Source: Tricharina praecox
Lineage: Eukaryota
Length of the DNA: 64,000 bases
Reading direction: 5' to 3'
NCBI RefSeq assembly: GCF_024521635.1
Contig: NW_026250419.1
Location: 496,001-560,000, forward strand
The notes beneath the pieces were generated by a model. The model did not search any database. It was not told the DNA's origin and saw only the letters and a list, made by a program, of their open reading frames with translations. Shown piece by piece: positions 24,411 through 37,400 of this stretch; within the stretch, counting starts at the first letter, position 1, and every line of letters begins with the position of its first letter. The position numbers were made by a program, and so were the translations under genes.

Positions 24411-26884
24411 TGTTCTGACAGAGCGACAGTGACGAGACGGTTCTGCGCACCAACGGCCTTGATGGCTATTTCTTCCTTCGTTACCTGCGCAAGGCGCAGA
24501 TGATCTGCTTCGTCGGATGCTGCCTGACTTGGCCCATTCTGTTCCCTCTCAACGCGACCGGTGGAGGAACTAGCGAGGGTCTGGATATCCTGAGTATGAG
24601 CAACATCGGTGAATCTTCGAGGAACCGGTAAGTTCTTGAATGTTGTGGAGGGGAAGGGGGGACTTGATACTGATGGATCTTTCAGCCTGTATGCGCACGT
24701 GTTCCTCAGCTGGATATTCTACGCGTTCGTGCTGTTCACCGTCTACCGCGAGCTCATCTTCTTCACCACCACGAGACAGGCCTACATGCTGTCGCCCATC
24801 TACTCCACCCGTATCTCGGCGCGCACTGTGCTCTTCCAGACCGTTCCGTTGCACTACTTGAACGAGACCGCCCTCAAGAGGACCTTCGACAATGTCAAGC
24901 GCGTTTGGATTACAACCGACACCACCGAGCTGGATAAGCTGGTCAAGGAGCGTGACGAGATTCTGTTCAAACTGGAGGCTGCTGAGGTCAAGCTCATCAC
25001 GCTCTCCGACAAGGCGCGTACCAAGGCGGGTGCTGAGGTCGCTAAGAGCGAGCCCAACTCTACGGCCTCTGGAGAGAGTGGAAGTGTTGCTGCCAATTGG
25101 TTGGACCGCTCCAAGAGGCCCATGCACCGTCTGAAGCCCCTCATCGGAGAGAAGGTTAGTTTAGTTGGCTTGTCTTGTCCGTGCGCAAGTAGGTTGTGCG
25201 CAGATCACTAATGACTTTGTTCCAGGTTGACACCATCGACTGGTGCCGTGGAAAACTCGCCGAGCTGAACCCCCAAATCCAAGACATTCAGGATACGCAC
25301 ACGTCCGGCGAGGCCAAGAAGCTCAGTTCCGTTTTCGTCGAATTCGCCAGTCAATCCGCTGCCCAGGTTGCTCTTCAGACGTTGGCTCACCACAAGCCCC
25401 TGCACATGTCTCCCCGCTACATTGGTCTTACCCCCGAGGAGATCATCTGGAGCAACATGAAGCTCCTTTGGTGGGAGCGCCTGGTCAAGTCTGCCGCTAC
25501 CACCTCTTTCGTCGTTGCCCTCGTCATCTTTTGGTCCATTCCTGTCGCCATTGTCGGAGCCATCTCGCAGATCAACTATCTGACCACGAAGGTGCCCTTC
25601 CTGAGCTTCATCAACGACATTCCCCAGGCGGTTCTCGGTCTTATCACCGGTCTTTTGCCCGTGGTGATGCTAGCTGTGTTGATGGCCCTGTTGCCCATCA
25701 TCCTCCGTATCATGGCTAGGATCTCGGGCTTGCCCTCTCTGTCACTGATTGAGCTCCGTGTCCAGAACAGCTACTTCCTGTTTCAAGTTATTCAGGTGTT
25801 CTTGGTCACCACAATGTCGTCGGCCGCTTCCGCAGCTATCCCTGCCATTATTGAGAACCCGGCCGCGGTCACTGGTCTGCTTTCGGACGCTCTGCCCAAG
25901 GCCTCTAACTTCTACATCTCCTTCATGATCCTCCAGGGTCTGTCGATCTCGGCAGGCGCCTTGGTTCAGATCGTCGGATTGATTCTGTACAAGGTGCTTG
26001 GAATGCTCTTGGACAACACTCCTCGCAAGATGTTCAATCGTTGGTCGAGTCTGGCTGGACTTGGCTGGGGCACTGTATTCCCGGTGTACACCAACCTATG
26101 CGTGATCTCTCTGTCCTACTCCATCATCGCACCCCTGGTCATGGGCTTCGCTACCGTCGGTTTCGGTCTCCTGTACTTCGCCTACAGGTACAACTTTTTC
26201 TTTGTGTACAACATCAACATCAACACCAACGGAATGGTGTACCCGAGGGCTCTGTACCAGACCCTTACCGGTGTCTACCTTGGCCAGCTCTGCTTGGTCG
26301 GTCTGTTTTCCGTCAACAAGATGCCCGGCCCGGTCATTCTCCAGATTATCTTCTTGATCTTCACTGTCCTGTTCCAGATGACGCTCAGCTCGGCCGTCCA
26401 GCCGCTCCTGAACTACCTCCCCAAGAACTTGCAGGTCGAGGAGGAGGCCCTGCTCTCTCTGGAGAGCGGCGTCGTTGGCACCTCCGTTGATGCCGATCGC
26501 GACGGTGTTGCGGACATGCCGTTGGACCCTGATGGTGACGGAGTCGACGGTATCAGCGAGGTTAAGCCCAGTGCTCTCAAGCGCTTCCTGAAACCCCAGC
26601 AGTACGAGAGCTACCAACACATGCGAAAGCGGATTCCCCAGGAGGCCCCCGCGGTCCATTACACGCCCGAGATGGAGAGAGACGCGTACTACAACCCGAG
26701 TATCACTACCGTGCCAACCACCATCTGGATCCCGCGCGATGCCGGTGGTGTTAGCAGACAGGAAGTGGTACACACCAGCGCCGTCAACCCCATCTCCGAT
26801 CACGGCGCCATCGTGACGAACGGAAAGATCGAGCGACATGACGATGCTTTCCCTCCCGACTGGAAGGAGAACCCCCTGTGGTAA
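23885..26884 (+). CDS. OSCA/CSC1/TMEM63 (DUF221; RSN1/PHM7-like) calcium-permeable stress-gated channel, 5 exons
   Basis: Motifs LRRSNRRIYAPRTY, GLDGYFFLRYL, ILFPLNATGG, SARTVLF, VDTIDW, PEEIIWSNM, YFLFQVIQVFLV, LPKASNFYISF and YSIIAPL. Introns at approx. 24089-24175, 24307-24429, 24628-24686 and 25155-25225. Confidence 0.93.
24378..24409. repeat. (GT)n microsatellite inside intron 2 of the OSCA gene
   Basis: Directly visible dinucleotide run. Confidence 0.9.
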
Positions 26885-28168
26885 TCGGATTACTGGTGGT
26901 AGTGCTCTGTTGAGCGTAATAGTTAATACCCCTTTCTTTTTCTCGTATTCGAATGAGTACTGGATGTGTTTTTTCTTCTTTCTTGTTCTTCTACTTCTAG
27001 AGTTAGTGTGGCGTACCAAGTAACCAAACCAGACCACTGCTCATTGATGTTTGCGTTTTTCCCATCATTACAGTAACAACTCTGTTTTCTTTTTTTCACT
27101 TTTCTTTCCTTTCTGTGGGCTGGGCTGGGCTGGGCGTAGGTGTTGGGTTGGTCGTTTGCGTAGTCTGTTGTGGTTCTCTGGTGGGATCGGAACCGAAGTA
27201 CATAAGAGAATAATGACCTGGTGTTTTTGCAACTGAGGGTTTCGATGAGTACTGTTTATACTGGTGGCTAAGTGACGATGGTGTGCTGTGCTGTGAATGT
27301 GAATGATGTGACCTTGGGATTGTGTCTTGGGGTTTGGTCGAGGTGTCCGTGTGTGGACTGGTAGACTGGTGAGGTTCATACTTGGGTAGTAGGAGGCTGT
27401 AGGACTTGTCGGAGGGAGGTGGAGGTTGCCATGGTTGCGTGACTGGCCACGGCCTACTCTACAGGTTGTTTCTTTGGCGTTTGAAGACGATTTTATTTTG
27501 TTTGATCATTGATTACTTGCGACATCTATTAAATAGTACTATAGAATATGGTAATATACTTCTTATATATAGTAAATACCGCTCTCTCACCTACTGTCCG
27601 GGCCCAACGAGTCAGACGGCTGCTTATATCCCTCGCGCTCTCAGCCCTCCGCACTGGCAACGTCCGAAGGCGATGACTACTATAGCCATGGTCTGCGGAC
27701 GCCGGACAGACAGGCGGACGGACGCATAAGGCGAGTGATCAGCGATGACATGTCCGACCTCAACAGCGTATTCCTTACGCCGAGTGACGCACGACGCCGA
27801 GTGACGCACGATGCCGCGAGCTCCCAACTCTTGCGCTCCCAACGCTTGCGAACCCTCGCGAACCCTCGGCGGAGAAGGGTGGCAGGGTGCAGTTTGTTTT
27901 ACGGATGCGGGAGGCCCGGGAATTCCGCATCATTGTGGGAGGCTGGAGGCTGCAGATGGCCGCAGACAGTGGGTGGGTAAAGGCGGAGCTTTGGGGGTTG
28001 TGGACTGCTGTGCACAGTGGGAGGCTGGAGGGCGAGGCGGCAGCGGATGGGGTGCGGTCGGCAGTCGGTCGGGCTGGCTGGATAAGGTCGGAGGCGGACT
28101 TGCGACTGCTGATTGGTCAAATTATCATAATGGTATATAAACGTAAGATGGACACTGAAATACAACAA

Positions 28169-28254
28169 CCCTCTGTGGTGTAGTTGGTATCACACCGGAC
28201 TGTAATTGCAATGTTGTCATCCGTTGGTCACCAGTTCGACTCTGGTCGGAGGGA
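28169..28254 (+). tRNA. tRNA-Tyr(GUA) with 13-nt intron (28206-28218)
   Basis: Acceptor stem CCCTCTG/CGGAGGG plus discriminator A (C1:G72 and A73 are eukaryotic Tyr identity elements). D arm GTG..CAC; anticodon loop CT-GTA-A followed by an intron at the canonical 37/38 position; T arm ACCAG-TTCGACT-CTGGT. TATATAAA lies ~30 nt upstream and TTTT downstream. Confidence 0.95.
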
Positions 28255-28606
28255 CTTCCTTTTGCTAGCCCCCACTTTGGCTGGGTGGGATGCGCTTTTT
28301 AGCATGCATCTCATGAGGCTGATAGTGATGGGTATGCTTTGGTGTCTCAGCCACAATAGCTAGCGACACTCCAAGTTCACAGGCATGGGAATCTGCAGAT
28401 ATCCGTGACTGGATAATATTATACACAAATAGAAGCTTCCATCATGCCAATGCCAATCTCCAAACCTCGAAGAGAGCATCAGGAAATCAAAAGAAACACG
28501 CAAATCAGAGCAGAGCAGGGCACAGGTATAGAATGCGGAAAAGAAAGAGATCGAACCGAGAAAAAATCTACATTCCATCATGTCGTCGTGACCCGTCACC
28601 GTCCCA

Positions 28607-29922
28607 TTACTAGTGTCTAGTTAGCACGGGGAGAATACGTTGGGAAAAGGGGGATGTGGGATACGTACCAAAAAGTAATCCGCGACCGGCTTCTTGGCCG
28701 GCATTCCTCGGGAGTCTTGCGGCGCTGCTTCGAACACGCGGTATCGCCGGCCAGGCCCCGCCTTGACTGATATGCCGCCGCCGCCGATACCACCCACCGT
28801 GCCGCCTCCTCGCTCACCGCTACTGCGCAGCACGGGCCCGTTCTCTTCGTTCAGCTCCAGTATCGCGGCTACGTTGCCGCAGCGGTAGCAGTAGTTGGGC
28901 GCCGACCACACCGTTACTATCGACGAATCGAACATCTCCTTGAAGCCCTCCATGACCAGTTGATGCGCACGAGCGATCAATGAAAGGTTGTTGGCATGGT
29001 TAAAGTGTTTCACGATATCCGCGCCGAAAAGGAAGCCCGCACCACGAGGAGACAGTCCCCAGCCGTCGATATCGTCTGGATCGGACCATAGCAAATCACA
29101 CATCGCACCTTCGTGTGGCACTTCCTGTTTGCGATCTAACAGTCTGATCGAGTCGACGCTGGCAATCACGGGCGACAGGCCACCGTGGACACAGAGAATT
29201 GCACCGCCGGAGTTCTGTTGCGGTGCCTGTGCCATCTCCCTTGCCGCCTCCGCGTTCACCAAACTGGGACCATTCCGCCGGAGTCGCGTCACGTCGCCAT
29301 TCGTCTGCACAATCTCCTGTTCACACTCGGTGTCGCCTGAGCCGACGGCTGGGCCGGCACCGATCACCAATGCACCGAGCGCTAGGTAGTCGAACACCTC
29401 GCAGCAATACCGCCACACGTTTGCGGAGCCGTACTTGCGCATGCACTCGTCGTAGAATCCGTAGACGGTAGTGATTTGCCGCGACTCGTGGTTGCCGCGA
29501 ATGAGGGTGATGCGATCGGGGTACCGCACCTTGAGACTGAGGAGGAGGAGAAACGATTCGAGAGAGTAGAACCCGCGGTCCACGAAGTCGCCCATGAACA
29601 GGTAGTTTGTGTCCGGCACGTCGCCACCAACGCGAAACAGCTCCATCAGGTCGTGGAATTGCCCGTGGATGTCGCCGCAGATGGTCACGGGGGCGTCGAC
29701 AATCTGGACATTGGATTCTTCGATGAGGAGCTCGCGCGCCTTGTAGCATAGCTGCCGAACGTCGGCTTCGGGAATGGGTTTGCATGCGCGTAGAAGCGAA
29801 ATGTAGCTGGATGTAAGACGCGTCAGTTATGGATGTTTGGCGGGGTTGACCCAGGTAGTGAGTTGACCTCTTTCGTTTCCGAAAGGCTTGGGGAAGGATG
29901 ATTACCGATCGAGGTCGCTCAT
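28607..29922 (-). CDS. PPH3: Ser/Thr protein phosphatase 4 catalytic subunit (PP4C/Pph3); exons approx. 29922-29906, 29807-28669, 28609-28607
   Basis: MSDLDR start; GDIHGQ, GDFVDRG, RGNHE and [11 protein letters not shown] motifs; PP4-type [16 protein letters not shown] and C-terminal KKPVADYFL. Confidence 0.9.
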
Positions 29923-30320
29923 GGCGAATGAGACTTGCGGAGCCTGAAAGGTTTGTGGGGTAGGTGACAAGAGGGCGGAGTTCGGGAAGATGAGCGTGAA
30001 ACTTCTCAGCGAAGAGTAGCAGCTGCTATCGACGTGGTGGGAGATGGCAGAGTGGAGGTGTTGTAGCGTTGGTTGGGAATTTGAAAGTAGTGGCGGTGGG
30101 TGATAAGTGCAAGTGGGGATGGCGTCGCGTTTCAGAACACAAATCCTTGCATACGATAACAATAGCTAACTAGACGCGGAGGGCGGGGCAACTAAGCATT
30201 CAAGAGCCGCACCCTTAAGGAAACGACCTACCTCATGTTAACCATCACCATCAAATCACGAACAGCAATCGGACTACACACGAACGAACGTCATAGAACC
30301 CGAAGCCGACTTACAGTAAT

Positions 30321-33300
30321 ATGGATTCCACTGGAGAAGATACCGATGTCAAGCTCTACAAGGCGTCGGGAGGTGTCTTTGACGACTTCCTGGCATCTCT
30401 TCCAGAAGCTCTCCACGACGAGACTGGATCACTGCGACGAATGTGCGACAAGAAGCAAGTCGAGAGACTGGTCAACCTGGTGCAACCTATTTGCCTTCTT
30501 TACTTTGCTCCTCACCTGGTTTCGCTCTCTAATCCACCAACTCTTTTAGCTAGAACCCTTCCAAGAATCCCCCCAACTCCTCGATCCTCATTTGCCGCAG
30601 TTCCTGGCTCCTCTCACGACTGCCTTCACAACCTACATCGCGGAAAGCTCGCAGAGCAATGGCGATCTGCCACCACGCGGCTACTATACCCTTCCGGTCG
30701 CCATCTCGCGCTTGCTCTACACTCTCGCCAAGATCCGCGGCCCCAAGATCATATCGCGCTTCTTGCCCAACCAGCCCCATCTGCTCGATCCTGTAGCTAC
30801 CCTGTTCGATAATCCGTCCACCGGTGTCAAGGTCTCGTGGGAACTACGATACATCCTGCTCCTATGGCTGAGCCATCTCCTGCTGGCACCGTTCGATCTG
30901 AGCACCATCTCGACCGACCCGCCTGCGGGCGTCACCCATGACCTGTCCATTCTCGACGGCACCGCGTTGAGCATTACCACTCTTCCTCACTTATCGCAAC
31001 GGCTACTGGTCCTGGGAATATCGTATCTGTCATCGCCAGGCAACCGTGAGAGCGATGCAGCGGCACTGCTGTTGATCCGGATTTCGCTACGTCGGGACAT
31101 GCGTAGCCTGGGGCTCCTGGATGCTATGGTGATCTGGGGAACGCAAGTTATGGCGACAGTTGATACTATGGCACACGCACGGACATTGTTTCTCAAGACG
31201 GGAGTGCTCGCCGTGCTAGCAGGCTTACTCGCACAGGGCGATTCGGCTGTGGTGGAGAAATTTTGCCCTACGATTTTCGACCTGGTGACAACACTACAGG
31301 ACGACGAACGCGAGGAGTGGCAGTCGGCTGGTGTGCGGAGACTAGGCATGAAGATCTACCGATGGGTAGCGTCACTGACCCTGGCACATCCGACAGAGAA
31401 GGACTACATAGAGGATATCATTGAAAGACTGTTGAATGCGCTTGGCGACCGTGATACAGCGGTGCGGTTCGGAGCATCTAAATCACTAGCGGTGGTGGCG
31501 AGAAAGTTGGATCCGGATATGGCGGGTGAAGTGCTGGAGGCAGTCATGAGTGTGTACGAGGAGGACGTCTTTCTCGAGCAGGGAAGAAAAGTCTTTTCGG
31601 CTGTTTCACCAGAGAAGTGGCATGGCGCGACATTGACACTTGCAACTTTTCTTCGCCAGCGCGCGGTGAGATCGACCGACGTTATGACGAGAGTGGTTGA
31701 GTGTATGATTCAGGCTCTGTCGTTTGAGCAGCGACGGTCAACTTTCGCCGTCGGCGGAAACGTGCGTGATGCGGCGTGCTATGCGGTGTGGAGTCTGGCG
31801 AGATGTTATACCACCGATGAACTACAGGCTGCCGGCGACATTGTAGTTCCGGCGACAGAATTGAAGGAAGGTCGTCACATCATCCAAATTCTTGCCACGC
31901 AACTGGTGGTGGCCGGTTGTCTTGATCCTTTGGGGAACGTGCGGCGTGCTTCATCCGCCGCACTGCAAGAGATAGTGGGGCGTCACTCCGGGTGTGTCAT
32001 AGAGGGCATATCATTGGTGCAAGCGGTTGACTACAATGCCGTCGCCTTAAGACAACGTTCAGTAATCAGCGTTGCAAGCTCTTCAGTAAAGCTGGACCTG
32101 GACTACTGGAAGAGCATCGTCCTGGGACTGGTCGGCGGCTGGCGTGGGATAGGGGGTAGTGACGATGATGGACGGCGACTGGCGGCAGTGAGCTTGGGCA
32201 ACATGGTACGCATTACGTATCCCACAGACACCGCAACGAGTGTCGGCGAGCGAGCAGAGTTCATCTTGCAAGCAGTCGTTCGACGAACCATAACGGAGGG
32301 CTTGAAACACATCGAGATTTACCACGGCTGTCTGCTTGCCCTGGCCGAAGTTATTGACCGACTGGATCCTGGCATGTTGAAGGAGAGCGACGTAAACGCA
32401 CTCCAGCACAACGTTTTTGCCAAACTGAAAGGAAACGAGTTCATCAATCCTGTTCTTCGTCCCGAATTGACGGCCGAGGCTGCCTGTCGCCTTGTCAGAT
32501 CACTTTGTCTGGCCACACCAACGCAGATCACGCCCTTGACCAGCACATGGCGGCTGTGGACTGCAATCCTCGAAACCTCGTTAGATCGCATGGAAGATGC
32601 TGTGCTCGACCAAGCCGTTCCCGCAGCCGACGCACTGCTCGACAAGATCTCGGCTGATAATCGGCAACGACTTGTCGAGAGCTGGTGTGTCAAGGTGGCG
32701 GATCCCTCGTACCACCGGCGAGGGCATATTCTGGCGCTCGGGCACGTGGTCCGTTCTATGTCAGGGGCCGATGCAGAAAAGGTGACCGACGTCCTCATCG
32801 CTGCCGCCCGTCGCACAGACGATGTGGAAATTCGCGTCGCTGGAATGAAGGCTCTTGGTTCCGGCGTCACCTTTGTTCCCATGGTGATCGAAGCCATCCT
32901 CAATTCTCTAGATGATTATGCCGTCGACGCCCGAGGCGATGTCGGATCATGGGTCCGCTCCGAAGCTGTTTCTGCGACGCTTTCACTGTTTACCCACAGC
33001 AACATCTCCATGTCAGATGATACCAAATGGGCTTTCCTAAGTAAAATTTCTCGCCTCGCGGTGGAGAAGCTGGACCGTCTCCGCCTCCGTGCCGCTGAAG
33101 TGTTTCTTAGCATAAGTGGTGCCTTCCCATCCATAAGTCCTATCAGCCCAGAAGTACTCCAGGTCCCGACAACCGAATACTTCATCCTCTTCCTTCCACT
33201 CCTCAGCCATCCACAAGTCCGTGAGTTACTGGTCGAGGGCTTAATCACCTCCGCCGGGGCCGGCAGCGACTCCGTCCTAAAAGCCTCGCGAATTGCTCTG

Positions 33301-33786
33301 CTACAGCACCTCGCTTCCTCCCCTTCCTCCCGCGACGACTTCGCCACCGCCCTTATCTCAGTCTTCCGCCGGGCAGTGGAAAACCCGCAAGACCGCATCA
33401 CAATCCCACTTATGGATGTAGCCAGCCTTCTGATTGACATGTCACTGCTCCCGCTCGCCGACATCGGAAAACGTCTTTTCATTCTGACACAGAAAGCGCA
33501 CTTCCGCACCACCAGCGTGCCAAAGTTAGCTGCCGCCGTCCGTGTCTACGGCTCCCTGGCGTTGGCCGCGACCGCCGAGCCATGGCATGGAGACGTGGTG
33601 ACAAAGCTAGTGGCAATGCTGCTGCACCCGTTTCCCCGCGTCAGGATGGATGCAAGTGCTATGGTGTATCTAGTTGCCGCCGAGGGTGGGAGTGATGTGG
33701 CGGCGGGAATGGAGAAGGTGGACTGGGGGAGGAGTACGAAGGAATTGGCCGGGGTTGTGAAGACGGTGAAGGCGGGCCTTTGTTGA
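30321..33786 (+). CDS. TBCD: Tubulin-specific chaperone (cofactor) D, HEAT/ARM repeats; intron approx. 30480-30549
   Basis: Motifs LEPFQESPQLLDPHL, KIRGPKII, LLLWLSHLLLAPFDL, GGNVRDAACY, VRRASSAALQEIVGR, LDDYAVDARGDVGSWVR and LLHPFPRVR. Confidence 0.93.
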
Positions 33787-34498
33787 TTCGATATAGAACG
33801 TAGAATGGTCGTTTTAAAGGCGAATAGATGGGGGGTTAGATGTGATAGTTGAAGTTTTTTCTGGGGGTCCTGGAGTGTGTGATGGAGCTGTCAACGACGT
33901 GCCTAGGTACCTGGTTAAATCGTGATTTGGTGTTTTCATGCCCAGACTCGGACCGAATAGTTAGAAGACTGAGGCCGCCCGACCACGTCCCTGTTACTTT
34001 TTGGGTCGGTCCCGAGCATGTCGGAGCCAGTCCTTAGCGGCTGGAGCGGCTACCGCAGGAGCTGAGGATATGCGGATGCTAGTGCCAGACAGCTGTCTTT
34101 CGGTCCGGGATGGTAGCGCCTGCTTTGGTGGTGAATCCTCGGCTGGGGCGGGACGGCCCGAGGACGAGCGGTTGAGTACTTCACTCATGATCATTGAGAC
34201 GGAAGTCACGTGGTAGTCTCCCCCGAGACGATAAATCCATCCTGCTGGGATCAGGATCTTTGAATGCAGGTTCCCGCAATTCGGATCTCGAGACGCCACA
34301 TCGTCTTGCCTTGCTCGGTGGGCTGATTGTTTGCACAACCAGAAGAGCCCCTCATGTGCCACCTGCCTAAACGGGAGGCGTTTACTCTGCATCTAGTCAT
34401 CTGCAGGAAGGCTCCATACATACGTTAGGCCTACAGTTTCAATTACTGACGCGGTCTCGCGAACACATCACCTCGGTGCTCACCAACGTCGACTTCAT

Positions 34499-37400
34499 AT
34501 GGGGATGCCGAATTTGAACACCGTCTTTGTGGTGCTGCTGCTACTCTTCGCAGCCCTCACATGGGCGCAAAACGAGACGTCGACGCCGGCGGAAGAAGAG
34601 GCGCAGGGAGGGTTCGCAGGCGATGACTTCAGCAATAAGTATGTGGGCAGACGGCGAACGCGCAATCGAAGCCCCGAGTTGGAGGTCGCAAGGCTGACGG
34701 TATAAAACAAAAGCCTTTTCAGCGATATCGCACCGCTCCTGGCGCTTTTCGGAGAACGATTCACGGTCTCGTTTATGTCCGAGAGCCAGGGATGGCTCGA
34801 CCATATCGTGTTCGCCAGTAAGATCGTCCTTCCAAACTTTTAGCCCAGTGGGGTCTGAGATGTGACAAGTGGTGCCGTTGGGAATCATCACGGCGGTGGT
34901 GGGAGCGCTGCGGATCGGCGGTCCTGCTTGGCTTCGCGCTATCATCGGACGTGCCCGCGAGAATAGGGCTTCGGCAGAAGTCGAGTTGATGTCTTCAACG
35001 TCTGCAGAGTGAGTTCTTGTGTTGATACCTATGTGGGAACTTCATCCGGAAAGCTTACCGACAACGAATGGTAGGGTTTGCGAGCTCTGGAATGGTATGG
35101 CGATTGTCAGAACGCTGGGAAAACCCGAGATCAAGGAGATTGTTTACCTGGAAAAACTCGATGACGGGGAATCGACCTTTGGGCTCTATTCGACGCCCGT
35201 GGCGGATAAGGAAGGAATCCTGAAATGTGAAGGTGAGTTATTGATCGAATACCTTCGGCTATTTTGGCAATTTTGTTTACCGGTTCTTTTAGCTGTCGAT
35301 GACCCTCTCGTAATGTGGTGTAAAGCTTTACTTAGTGGTGTACTAGCCGTAATTTGCGGCGTCCGTGGTACGTATAGGCGATCCTGATCCATAACTTATG
35401 CTTTATCCTAACGTATTGGAAAGATTTATTCCTGTTCCCGGCCCACAGTCTTCGGCATACCAAGCCTGTACGAGACGTGGAAAACGGCGGCGTATTTCCA
35501 CCTAACAGCGGTGCAATTCCGTCCGCGGGCGTCTCGAAGGAACCTACCGTTGACACACAGCCAATCGCGAAGAGTAATGTGGTCAAGAATCGCCAGCAGC
35601 CGGGCGAGGAGTCAGCACCCAACATATCTCTGAACGTTCACGCTCACGGCGGTAGTAAGGTCCTTGACCTTGTTTTTGTTGCAGTTGTGGGTATCGTGAT
35701 GCAATTTGGTTTCTTGGTCTTTGTCGGAGCTGGCGTTTATCATCCAACCTGGAAAAACAACTTTCTGAAAGAGGGGCAGCCGGTAGCATCATACGCATAC
35801 CCACTCCTGGCAATTGGGACGATTTTCATTGTGCTGGGCATGATGATTTGCAGCGCTATCGTTGAGCGGAGCACCGAGGAAAAGCGGTGGGTGGCTGGTT
35901 CGAAGTACCTCGACGACGTGCCTCCAACGTTGGGCAGACGCTCAACTTGGGCAAGTATAAAAGGGAGAACCCCGGGTTCCAATAGTGCCCGCGCACCTGA
36001 GCTTGGGGCCCGAGTCCTCTGGTTGCAAAAAAATCACACAGTCGGTGACCAGCTTTTCGATTCGTTCGTGATGTTTGCTCAGGGGAAGCGGGAATCTGTT
36101 TTGATGTCCCACAGACGTGGAATGGAGGGGAGTGAAACAGATGTGAACGCCCGCAGGTCTAGATCAAAGAAAGGACGGAGGGCCTTATGGAAGACGCTTG
36201 CCTCTAGTTTCGAGGAAGGCTTCACCTTGCTTGGAACGTTTCTATCTCTTGCTGGTTTTGTGCTTCAGTTTACAGGTGCAGCGATCCCACAGGCCCCCGG
36301 GGTTTATCTTGACTAAATTTAATGTAGGTCTACGCGCGCTTAATTGGACGGCATCAATTGCACAGCTCGTGGCAATTGCTATCATGACGAGTTTGAGAGC
36401 CTGGTTGCGTCGAGGAATGATCACACCGCCGGTAACTGCCAGAGTTCGTAGTGCGGGACACGAAATGGATTGGCTTGCTTTGGAAATCGCATCTGAGCCA
36501 AATTTCTGGAACAAATACAGCGATAGAGATGATGCGTACCTAGAAGATGCAGACTCGAGTGATCCTGGAGACGCACTAGAGACGGAACCCTCGGAAATCA
36601 TGGCAAAAAGATTCTCAATATGCACCGGCACTAGCAACTTCGCCTCACGAGGACTTTGGTCGCATGGGCCGACTCTGCCAACATCTGCGGGCCAGCATGC
36701 AATGAGGGTTCGACAACGGTTGGGTAGTCTCACAAAGTGGGTTGGTCTAGCATCCAAGCCGGCAGTTGCAGTTGCCGAGGCGATTGAGAGTGTGATGAAT
36801 GAATTCTTTGATCAGCCATCCGAAATGGGGGAGCCGCCAAGGCTTATTTGGTCTCTAAAGGTCAAAACCAGCTTCACCGAAGAGGATGAATGGATCAATT
36901 TCACCGTGAAGTACGATGGTCATGATCAGAAGTGGATTGCCGATGCGACAGAGATAGAAGCGGCCCTGTCCCTTTGGATCTATGATATTCAAGAAATCGA
37001 GCGCCTCAAAGCTGAAGATGAAGGTATAGAGAAGACCGGTGATTGGTTGCGGGAGGGAAATACAGCGGTACGCCGAAAGTCAACACGAGTATTGGGCATC
37101 AAGGATGGGCCCCTTGAAACCGATCTGCGTTGGTGGTTGCAAGACACCATCCATCCAAGAGGCACTTATGCCGAAGCGGATTTAGAGGTGCCTCCGAGTA
37201 CATTGGACCCGCTTGAGTACTACCAAGTCCCGGAGGATGACGGTCGGATTTGTGTCGGGTTTACAGGTCTCCATCAAAATGGACGGACAGGTGAGCCCAG
37301 ATTTTCGACTCGTGGGGGTGAATATAACTTACTTGGTGTCATCTAGATCAATCTGATTCTTCCCAAACGCTTGCCGTCACCTCGGAGGCCCCATTAGAGA

